Shown: positions 56,334 through 64,000 of the stretch, piece after piece
How positions within the stretch are numbered: position 1 is the first letter of the stretch
How the letters are laid out: every line of letters starts with the position of its first letter
Origin: Xanthobacteraceae bacterium
GTDB lineage: Bacteria; Pseudomonadota; Alphaproteobacteria; Rhizobiales; Xanthobacteraceae
Reading direction: 5' to 3'
Length of the DNA: 64,000 nt
Assembly: GCA_022844485.1 (NCBI GenBank)
Contig: JALHLQ010000003.1
Span: forward strand, 41,921-105,920
Translations under genes and position numbers: made by a program
The notes under the pieces: generated by a model
What the model was told of the DNA's origin: nothing
The model's database searches: none
Seen by the model: the letters and a program-made list of their open reading frames with translations, nothing else

Positions 56334-57782
56334 TTAAGGCCTTTGTCCGAGCACCCTAGCCGCGTCCCCGGACAGCCTTCGCGCATTCGCCAGCGCATCA
56401 ATACGCGCCTGCGCTTCTGTCATCCAAGGCCCGGCCAGGGCCTTCAGATCCGGGGGCAGCTTGGCGAGTTCAGCGAGGGCGCCGGCGAGATCGTCGCGGC
56501 CGGCAAGGTTTTGCGCGCGCATCACGATGCCCGAATCCTCGACAGGACCGGCTTCCCCGGCCGGCCGGATGCGGACGAGACGCTCAGCCCCGATCTGCAA
56601 TCGATCGATAAGCCCGCCCTCTTGCGTTACGGCTTGGCGGCGGGACTCCGCCATGCGTGCAGCGACATCGCGCAAGCTTTGGCGCAGCATGCTGAGACTT
56701 GGAACGCCCTTCTCCGCATAGCCAGCCAGCGGCGCCAGGATGCTCGGATCGGACACAAAGGGCCGTACGGCGGCAAGCTCTGCCGAGAAGAGCTCGCCGC
56801 TCTCGACCGCAGAGCGCAGCATCGCGGCCGCGAGTGCGAAGCGTGCCGCCGGATCTTGAGAGGAACGCTCGGCCTTGGTCGCAATGCGCTGCAATTCGTT
56901 CGCACGCTCCTCCAGCGCGGAAAGGCGATTGGTGACGGCCGTGAGGTCGCTTGACGCTTCGGCGCTGACCGATTCCGCAAGTCTTTGCGTCTCGCGCGCG
57001 CTCGATGCGGTCTGCTCCGTCCGCATGCGCGCGTCGCGCGCCAGCGCTTCGGCTTCGCTCAGACGCCGGTTCACCTCGGCGTAGCGGTCGGTCGCGGCCC
57101 GAGCGGACGCTTCCGCCACCGCGAGGCGTTCGATGAGCGCCGCGTCGGCGGGGCGCGTCGTCGCCAGGGTCTTCTCGGCTTGCGCCAGCGCCTGCTCCGC
57201 GCGGGCGAGCCGGGATTCGATCGCTGCCATTCCGCGCGACGCCTGTTCCGCGGTCTCGAGGCGGCGGAGTGTGTCGGGCGGCAACGAAGCGGCCAACCCG
57301 GACGCCGGCGGCTGCGCGAGTTCGCGCACACGCGCTTCCATCGCTCCGATCCGATCGGCCAAAGCGGCCGTGCTGGCCGGGGGAGCGTGCAACGCTCCCG
57401 ACAGCCACAATCCGCCAATCAGCAGCGAACACAGGACAGCGCCGCCGGCTGCACCCGCCGCGATCGGCCAGGCAACGGAGTCGGGGCTTGGCCAGGCCAG
57501 ATAGCCCACGGCCTCTGCGGCCGGCCGCGTTCCGGACCGATCGTCCCGCGGACCCTCAGGGGGCACACGCGATCCGTGCGGTTCGGATGCTTGAGAAGGC
57601 GAAAGCGGAGGGTCCGGCTGTTCTCCGTATGCCTCCTCCCGAGCCTCCGCGGCGCCCTCGGGTGCCGCGGGAGACGCAGCCGGGATTTCTGTCGCCTGCA
57701 AATCGATGGTCGGCGGCGGCCGCTTGGGGCGTCCCCCTAGCCGCTGACCCGGTTCGCCCGGCTCGCCTTTCCCCGTGGTCAT
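56334..57782 (-). CDS. COG4223 / mitofilin-domain (alphaMic60) membrane protein
   Basis: PTIDLQATE N-terminus, one TM, long coiled coil, LVRIRP..GDLAGALAEL-type C-terminal region; between hemD and hemY. Confidence 0.85.
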   Translation of the reverse strand: MTTGKGEPGEPGQRLGGRPKRPPPTIDLQATEIPAASPAAPEGAAEAREEAYGEQPDPPLSPSQASEPHGSRVPPEGPRDDRSGTRPAAEAVGYLAWPSPDSVAWPIAAGAAGGAVLCSLLIGGLWLSGALHAPPASTAALADRIGAMEARVRELAQPPASGLAASLPPDTLRRLETAEQASRGMAAIESRLARAEQALAQAEKTLATTRPADAALIERLAVAEASARAATDRYAEVNRRLSEAEALARDARMRTEQTASSARETQRLAESVSAEASSDLTAVTNRLSALEERANELQRIATKAERSSQDPAARFALAAAMLRSAVESGELFSAELAAVRPFVSDPSILAPLAGYAEKGVPSLSMLRQSLRDVAARMAESRRQAVTQEGGLIDRLQIGAERLVRIRPAGEAGPVEDSGIVMRAQNLAGRDDLAGALAELAKLPPDLKALAGPWMTEAQARIDALANARRLSGDAARVLGQRP

Positions 57783-57928
57783 CTGCCTCTCCCGCCGGAA
57801 CGGACCGGCATGGCTCGTGATCCTTATGCTCCTGCCATTCGCAGAATCGCCTGCCGAAACGGGATGCGAATGCTGGAATCGGACCGCTAGGGCATACTGC
57901 GCGGCCAGCCCTCCGGCAATGTGAGACA

Positions 57929-58645
57929 TCATGCTTTGGGAAGGAGTTCCAACAGGGAGTCTTCCGTCGGCCGGCTTGCAACCTCGATCTTGAGGAAGCC
58001 GGCCGCGCGCAAGGGCGCTGCGACCTGCTCCGACAGGCAGAAATGGGCAGCATGCGCGGCGTTTGTCACGGGTCCCTCCGCATCCAGCATTCTGACGAAC
58101 AAATCGGCGCTGCGCGGCGAGTAATGCAAGACCGCGTCGATCGTCCCCACCGAAAGCGCCTTGAGCGCCTCTCGCGGCAGGGCTTCTGCCGCAGTGGCGC
58201 GATAAACGACGGCCGTCTCGACCGGAAATCCGCGAGCCGTGAGCGCTCCGCCGAGGTCGCCCGTGCGATCCTCACCCGCGAGATAGAGCAGATGGACGAC
58301 GCGGCCGCGGAACATGTCGGCGACCTGCGCGACCAGATCCGCTTGATCGCCCTCTGCCGAGACGACGTTGAGAAACCCCGTCTCCCTTGCTGCGGCGGCG
58401 GTTCGCGCGCCCACTGCGATGAGCGGAATGGACAAGAGATCGCGAAAGCGCGGATGCGCTTCGATGACCCGCGCTGCGTTCGCGCTCGTAAGCAGCACTC
58501 CGTCCCAGGGACCCGGCCCGATGGCTGCATCGGACCTCGCGTCGATGCGAAGAAGCGGCGCGTGCAAAACCTCATGCCCGCGTTCACGCAACGCGGCGAT
58601 GGTGCGCTCGGCATCCGGCAGGGGGCGCGTCAGGAGGATGCGCAT
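57929..58645 (-). CDS. hemD: Uroporphyrinogen-III synthase
   Basis: ILLTRP, LTSANA, AVGARTA, VVYRA, YSPRSA. Confidence 0.94.
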   Translation of the reverse strand: MRILLTRPLPDAERTIAALRERGHEVLHAPLLRIDARSDAAIGPGPWDGVLLTSANAARVIEAHPRFRDLLSIPLIAVGARTAAAARETGFLNVVSAEGDQADLVAQVADMFRGRVVHLLYLAGEDRTGDLGGALTARGFPVETAVVYRATAAEALPREALKALSVGTIDAVLHYSPRSADLFVRMLDAEGPVTNAAHAAHFCLSEQVAAPLRAAGFLKIEVASRPTEDSLLELLPKA

Positions 58646-58648
58646 GGC

Positions 58649-59578
58649 TCAAGCGTGCGAAAAGAAGTCAGGAGCCGCGCGCCGCTTCAACTCGGCGCCG
58701 GCATCCGCTCCGAGCACCGCGGCCTCGGCCAGCGAGCCGACGCGCTCGGTCTCGTGTGCCTCGCTGCCGTCGGGCCGCAGGATGAGACCGCGGAAACGCA
58801 CTTGCCCGTCTGCAACGCGCGCGTGACCGGCAATTGGCGTCCGGCAGGAGCCGTCGAGCACGGCAAGAAAGGCGCGCTCCGCCGCGAGCGCAATGGCCGT
58901 ATCGGGGTCGTTGATCGCGGCCACGCTGCGCAGCATGCGCGCGTCGTCGGCACGGGTCTCGATGCAGATTGCGCCTTGCCCGACGGCGGGAAGGAATTCG
59001 TCGATGTCGAGGAGCGAGGTTGCATGCTTGTCGAGCCCGAGGCGCTTCAACCCGGCCAGCGCCAGCAGCGTCGCGTCGACGGCGCCCTCCTCGAGCTTCT
59101 TCAGACGCGTTTCCACATTGCCGCGAAAATTGATGACCTTCAGGTCAGGCCGCAGCCGCTTGATGATCGCCTGTCGCCGCAGCGACGACGAGCCGACGAT
59201 CGCGGCTTGCGGAAGCTCGCGGATGGTCCTTGCCTTAAGGCTGACGAACGCATCGCGCACGTCCTCGCGGGGCAGGAACGCGGCGAGCGTGAGACCCTCG
59301 GGGAGGATCGTGGGCATGTCCTTCGACGAATGCACGGCGAGATCGATCTCGCAGTCGAGCAAGGCCTGCTCGATTTCTTTCGTGAACAGCCCCTTGCCGC
59401 CCGCTTCAGACAGCGGACGGTCCTGGATCATGTCGCCCGTCGTGCGGATCGTGCGGATGTCGATGGCCGCTTCGTCGAGTTTGTGGGCGGCCGCAAGGCG
59501 CCGCCTCACCTCGTGCGACTGCGCGAGCGCCAGCGGGCTCCCGCGCGAGCCGATCCTCAACACCGCCGATTGCGCCAT
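58649..59578 (-). CDS. hemC: Hydroxymethylbilane synthase
   Basis: [49 protein letters not shown]. Confidence 0.98.
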   Translation of the reverse strand: MAQSAVLRIGSRGSPLALAQSHEVRRRLAAAHKLDEAAIDIRTIRTTGDMIQDRPLSEAGGKGLFTKEIEQALLDCEIDLAVHSSKDMPTILPEGLTLAAFLPREDVRDAFVSLKARTIRELPQAAIVGSSSLRRQAIIKRLRPDLKVINFRGNVETRLKKLEEGAVDATLLALAGLKRLGLDKHATSLLDIDEFLPAVGQGAICIETRADDARMLRSVAAINDPDTAIALAAERAFLAVLDGSCRTPIAGHARVADGQVRFRGLILRPDGSEAHETERVGSLAEAAVLGADAGAELKRRAAPDFFSHA

Positions 59579-59739
59579 CCGACCCTGCAATGCTACGCCG
59601 GGCCAAAGGTTGGCGCGGCGGGCGCGACTATAGGGCTCATGCGCCGCGGGTAAAGCTGTTCATCGCTTTCCCGGCGCGCCGTCATTTTCATGCTGCGGCC
59701 GCCGCCGATCCAACGATGGCGCACAGGCCAGGACAAGGA

Positions 59740-60783
59740 ATGCTCGTTCTCGGCATTGAAACCACCTGCGATGAAACCGCCGCCTCGGTGGTGCGCCGCT
59801 ATGGGGACGGCCGTGGAGAAATCCTCTCCGACATCGTTCGCTCGCAGATCGATGAGCACAAGGATTATGGCGGCGTCGTGCCGGAGATTGCCGCGCGTGC
59901 CCATGTCGAAGTCCTGGACCACGTGATTGCGCGCGCCATGCGGGAGGCGGAAGTGGGTTTTGATCGGCTCGACGGGGTCGCGGCCGCGGCAGGGCCGGGC
60001 CTGATCGGCGGGGTCATTGTCGGATTGACCACCGCCAAGGCGATCGCGCTCGTGATCGAGCGCCCTTTGATCGCTGTGAACCACCTGGAAGCGCATGCGC
60101 TCACGCCCCGCCTCACCGACGGCACCGCATTTCCCTACTGTCTTTTCCTGGCATCCGGCGGGCACACGCAGATCGTCGCCGTGCTCGACGTAGGCAATTA
60201 CGTGCGGCTGGGCACCACCATGGACGACGCCATCGGCGAGGCCTTTGACAAGACGGCGAAGCTCCTGGGCCTGCCCTATCCTGGCGGGCCCGAGGTCGAG
60301 CGGGAGGCCGAGCGCGGCGACTCCGAGCGGTTCATCTTGCCGCGCCCGATGATGGGCCGCGCCGAACCCGATTTCTCGCTCTCGGGATTGAAGACGGCGG
60401 TGCGGATCGAGGCCGAGCGGGCGGCTCCGCTCTCGCAGCAGGATATCGCGGATCTTTGCGCCTCGTTTCAGCAGGCGGTCGTCGAGGTGGTTGCAGACCG
60501 GCTTCGTGCCGGGTTGCGGCTTTTTCGCCAGCGGTTCGGCGGACCGGTCGCGCTGGTCGCGGCCGGGGGCGTGGCCGCCAACCGCTCCATTGGCCGCGCC
60601 TTGCAGCGGGTTGCGAGCGAGTCGGGGACCGCGCTCGTGATTCCGCCTCCGCGTCTTTGCACCGACAACGGCGCGATGATTGCCTGGGCGGGTGCCGAGC
60701 GGCTTGCGCGCGGCATGACCGACATGCTCGACGTCAGTCCGCGCGCGCGCTGGCCCCTGGCAGGCAAAGGAGCGGCGGCGTGA
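59740..60783 (+). CDS. tsaD: tRNA threonylcarbamoyladenosine biosynthesis protein TsaD
   Basis: [52 protein letters not shown]. Confidence 0.97.
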   Translation: MLVLGIETTCDETAASVVRRYGDGRGEILSDIVRSQIDEHKDYGGVVPEIAARAHVEVLDHVIARAMREAEVGFDRLDGVAAAAGPGLIGGVIVGLTTAKAIALVIERPLIAVNHLEAHALTPRLTDGTAFPYCLFLASGGHTQIVAVLDVGNYVRLGTTMDDAIGEAFDKTAKLLGLPYPGGPEVEREAERGDSERFILPRPMMGRAEPDFSLSGLKTAVRIEAERAAPLSQQDIADLCASFQQAVVEVVADRLRAGLRLFRQRFGGPVALVAAGGVAANRSIGRALQRVASESGTALVIPPPRLCTDNGAMIAWAGAERLARGMTDMLDVSPRARWPLAGKGAAA

Positions 60784-61766
60784 CGCTCGACCACATCGGC
60801 GTGCTCGGCGCCGGAGCATGGGGCACGGCGCTGGCCAATGCGGCGGCCCGCGCCGGCCGGCGCGTGACGCTCTGGGCGCGCGACGCCTCCGCGGTCGAGC
60901 GCATCAACACGGCGCGAGAGAGTCCGCGGCTTCGCGGCGCTGCGATCGAGGCCGGTATTTCGGCGACTGCGGATTTGGCAGAGGCGGCGCACGCCGACGT
61001 CATCCTCTTGGTCGTTCCGGCCCAGGCGTTGCGTTCCGTCGCCGGCACGATCAAGCCGATGCTCGCGCGGGGGACGCCGGTCGTCGCCTGCGCCAAGGGG
61101 ATCGAGCGGACAACCAAGAAATTCATGACCGAAGTCATCGCTGAATGCCTGCCGGACGCCGTAGCTGCGATCCTTTCCGGACCGAGCTTTGCCGACGATG
61201 TCGTGCGCGGCTTGCCGACGGCCGTGACGCTTGCCGCCCATGACGAGACGATGGCTTCAGCGCTCGCGCGCACGCTCGGCTCCACCACGTTCCGACCTTA
61301 TCATTCGACCGACGTGCGCGGCGTGGAAATTGGCGGCGCGGCAAAGAACGTCATCGCGATTGCCGTGGGCATCGCGATGGGGCGAAAGCTTGGCGCGAGC
61401 GCCGGCGCCGCCCTCACCACGCGTGGATTCGCCGAGCTGTCGCGCTTCGGGCGGGGGCTCGGCGCCCGCGTCGAGACGCTCACGGGGCTCTCCGGCCTCG
61501 GCGACCTCGTCCTTACCTGCTCGAGCCTGCAGTCGCGCAACTTCTCGCTCGGCGTCGCGTTGGGCCAAGGCCGCACGCTGTCGGAGGCGCATGCCGGCGG
61601 CAGACTGGCGGAAGGCGCGTTCACCGCGGAGGCTCTGGTCAAGATCGCCATGGCGCACAAGGTGGATATGCCGATCGCGCGCGCAGTCTCCGCCGTGCTC
61701 GAAGGCTCGATCCGCATCGATGACGCCATCGAGTCGCTCCTCATGCGCCCGTTCAAGGCGGAATGA
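60780..61766 (+). CDS. gpsA: NAD(P)H-dependent glycerol-3-phosphate dehydrogenase
   Basis: [44 protein letters not shown]. Confidence 0.97.
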   Translation: MTLDHIGVLGAGAWGTALANAAARAGRRVTLWARDASAVERINTARESPRLRGAAIEAGISATADLAEAAHADVILLVVPAQALRSVAGTIKPMLARGTPVVACAKGIERTTKKFMTEVIAECLPDAVAAILSGPSFADDVVRGLPTAVTLAAHDETMASALARTLGSTTFRPYHSTDVRGVEIGGAAKNVIAIAVGIAMGRKLGASAGAALTTRGFAELSRFGRGLGARVETLTGLSGLGDLVLTCSSLQSRNFSLGVALGQGRTLSEAHAGGRLAEGAFTAEALVKIAMAHKVDMPIARAVSAVLEGSIRIDDAIESLLMRPFKAE

Positions 61767-61768
61767 CA

Positions 61769-62200
61769 ATGGCGCAGTGGCTGCTCAAGACCGAACCCGA
61801 TACCTTCTCCTGGGACGATCAGGTCGCGCGCGGCGGACGGGGCGAGCCATGGACCGGCGTTCGCAACCACGCCGCCAAGCGCAATCTGCAATCGATGAAG
61901 ATCGGCGAGCGCGCCTTCTTCTATCATTCGGTGCACGGCAAGGAGATCGTCGGCGTGGTCGAGGTGATCCGTGAAGCCTATCCCGATCCAACCGACCCGA
62001 GCGGCAAGTTCGTCTGCCTGGACGTCAAGGCGGTCATGCCCTTCCCCGAGCCCGTCACGCTCGTGGAGATCAAGGCCGAGCCGCGCCTTGCCGACATGGC
62101 ACTTGTCAAATACGCGCGCCTGTCGGTGCAGCCGGTGACGGACGAGGAATGGCGGATCGTGTGCGGGATGGGTGGCGTGGATGCTGCGTCCACGCGATGA
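61769..62200 (+). CDS. EVE domain protein
   Basis: WLLKTEPDTFSWDD, WTGVRN, FFYHS, RLSVQPV. Confidence 0.94.
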   Translation: MAQWLLKTEPDTFSWDDQVARGGRGEPWTGVRNHAAKRNLQSMKIGERAFFYHSVHGKEIVGVVEVIREAYPDPTDPSGKFVCLDVKAVMPFPEPVTLVEIKAEPRLADMALVKYARLSVQPVTDEEWRIVCGMGGVDAASTR

Positions 62201-62209
62201 GCCAGGCCG

Positions 62210-62896
62210 GTGATCCATGACCCGCGCGCCTTCGTCCTCGAGAACACGCGCCTGCGGCCGGTTCCGCTCGTGCCGGAGATCAAGCTCCGGGTCGCCGACG
62301 AGGCTCTGCCCCTCTGGACCAAGACGGAAGAGCAGCTCGAAGCGATCGGTCTGCCGCCGCCCTACTGGGCCTTTGCCTGGGCCGGCGGACAGGCGCTTGC
62401 GCGCTACGTGCTCGATCGCCCCGAACTGGTTGCGAACCGCCGGGTGCTGGACCTTGCATCGGGTTCCGGTCTCGTCGGCATTGCCGCGGCCAAAGCGGCT
62501 GCGGTGCCGGTCGTCGCGTCCGACATCGACGCCTTTGCCGAGGCGGCCATTGCGCTCAATGGCGAAGCCAATGATGTGTATCTCGAGACGCTCCTGCTTG
62601 ATCTGCTCGAGGTACCGTCGCCCCGGGAGACCCGTTACGACGTCATCCTTGTCGGCGATCTTTTCTACGAGCAGGACACGGCAGTGCGCGCCCTCGCCTT
62701 CCTCGACCGCCATGCGGCGCTTGGCAGCCACGTGCTGATCGGCGATCCGGGCCGAACCTATCTGCCTCGCGCGCGGCTCGCCGCCGCTTGCGAATACGAA
62801 GTCCCGGTCAGCCGCGACCTCGAGGACCGGGAAATCAAGCATACGAGCGTCTGGTCGCTGGTGCCCGGGCCCTCGGAGGCCGTGTCGGCGGTTTGA
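62210..62896 (+). CDS. Class I SAM-dependent methyltransferase
   Basis: PPPYWAFAWAGGQALARY, VLDLASGSGLV, GDLFYE, IGDPGR. Confidence 0.92.
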   Translation: MIHDPRAFVLENTRLRPVPLVPEIKLRVADEALPLWTKTEEQLEAIGLPPPYWAFAWAGGQALARYVLDRPELVANRRVLDLASGSGLVGIAAAKAAAVPVVASDIDAFAEAAIALNGEANDVYLETLLLDLLEVPSPRETRYDVILVGDLFYEQDTAVRALAFLDRHAALGSHVLIGDPGRTYLPRARLAAACEYEVPVSRDLEDREIKHTSVWSLVPGPSEAVSAV

Positions 62897-62938
62897 TGTC
62901 AATGCAGCAGTTCTGATTTGCGCAACATGGGAGGGGCT

Positions 62939-63364
62939 ATGTCTTTTGCAGGGATCGACTACTGGTCCGTTTTCATTGCCGCCGTGCTCGGCAATGTCGC
63001 CGGCGCCATCTGGTATTGGGCATTCGCCAAGCCATGGATGGCCGCCAATGGCCTCACGCCTGAGATGATCAAGCGTGCCGGCAACGCCGGCTCGCTCGCG
63101 CGCTATGTCCTCGCCCTCCTCGCTCAACTGATCATGGCGGGCACCTTGGCGGGGGTCATCGGCCATCTCGGGCAGGACCAGGTCACGCTGCGAAACGGCA
63201 TCATCTCCGGAGCCATGATCTGGGCCGGCTTTGTCGCGACGACGATGCTGATCAATCACGCCTTCTCGATGCGCAGACCCCAGTCTTTGCTGATCGACGG
63301 CGGATACTGGCTCGTCGTGCTCGTCCTGATGGGCGGTGTCATCGGCGGGTTGGGCGTCAAATAG
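62939..63364 (+). CDS. DUF1761 family membrane protein
   Basis: GAIWY..FAKPWMAA, LLIDGGYWL, four TMs. Confidence 0.85.
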   Translation: MSFAGIDYWSVFIAAVLGNVAGAIWYWAFAKPWMAANGLTPEMIKRAGNAGSLARYVLALLAQLIMAGTLAGVIGHLGQDQVTLRNGIISGAMIWAGFVATTMLINHAFSMRRPQSLLIDGGYWLVVLVLMGGVIGGLGVK

Positions 63365-63508
63365 ACCGTCTCCGGAGAACACCCTACCAACCAAAGTGTG
63401 ACGGCGGGCCGCTTGTTCGCCCTGCGCGGCAGAGCGCATAATGGGCGCCATGATCGGTCGGATGGCGCGGGCATCTCCACGCGCGCCAGGCGTCAAAGGG
63501 AGCGAAGC

Positions 63509-64000
63509 ATGTCGGACAAGGCCTACGAAGTTCCGGCGGAATGGAGCAAACGCGCTTTCATCGATGATGCGAAATACCGCGCGATGTATGAGCGCTCGAT
63601 CAAGGACCCGACCGGGTTCTGGGCCGAACAGGCGCGGCGGCTTGATTGGTTCAAAGCCCCGACCAAGATCAAGAACACGTCCTACGATCCGCACAACGTC
63701 TCGATCAAATGGTACGAGGACGGAACGCTGAACGTCGCCTACAACTGCGTCGACCGGCATCTCGCGAAACGCGGGGATCAAGTCGCGATCATTTGGGAAG
63801 GCGACGATCCGAAGGACGACAAGAAGATCACCTATCGGCAGCTCCATGCCGAGGTGTGCCGTTTCGCGAATGTCCTGAAGGCGCGCGGCGTCAAGAAGGG
63901 CGACCGCGTCACGATCTATCTGCCGATGATCCCCGAGGCGGCTTATGCGATGCTGGCCTGCGCGCGCATCGGCGCGATCCATTCCGTGGTATTCGGCGGG
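63509..64000 (+). CDS. acs: Acetyl-CoA synthetase, 5' part (runs off window)
   Basis: [12 protein letters not shown]..., [37 protein letters not shown]. Confidence 0.96.
   Translation, partial: MSDKAYEVPAEWSKRAFIDDAKYRAMYERSIKDPTGFWAEQARRLDWFKAPTKIKNTSYDPHNVSIKWYEDGTLNVAYNCVDRHLAKRGDQVAIIWEGDDPKDDKKITYRQLHAEVCRFANVLKARGVKKGDRVTIYLPMIPEAAYAMLACARIGAIHSVVFGG

Noticed and set aside
54699..59578. hemC-hemD-mic60-hemY block as a novel system
   Set aside because: Known conserved alphaproteobacterial arrangement
61301..63982. 893-aa minus-strand ORF and similar long ORFs (11905-13860, 42694-44829, 44549-46423, 54993-56954)
   Set aside because: Antisense shadows of well-supported genes in high-GC DNA, with no recognisable motifs

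Overview
High-GC alphaproteobacterial chromosomal segment, probably Hyphomicrobiales (inferred from gene order, the REP-type repeats and a CtrA box). Left to right: the end of the ccmBCDG cytochrome c maturation operon; a Bug-family binding protein and an EEP hydrolase; a ~29 kb Wzx/Wzy-type exopolysaccharide locus (4127-33424) with two flippases, two GH5 glycanases, a UbiA/HAD/GT-C-like module, a CDP-sugar module, a decayed partial duplication and an apparently inverted rfbC; core genes (typA, folD, yggT, tRNA-Ala); a GntR-linked B12/ThDP acyl-CoA cluster (41950-50055); general-stress genes; an island remnant at tRNA-Thr (Fic gene with a 24-bp-period AT-rich array, IS481 fragment); and hemY-mic60-hemD-hemC / tsaD-gpsA-EVE-acs. 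The best candidate for an under-described system is the acyl-CoA cluster. It joins a mutase with 2-hydroxyisobutyryl-CoA mutase signature residues, a ThDP enzyme resembling 2-hydroxyisobutyryl-CoA lyase, a CoA ligase, MeaB, and a tandem gamma-carbonic-anhydrase-like fusion whose two halves keep complementary metal ligands. All family calls come from recognising motifs by eye; no database search was run.
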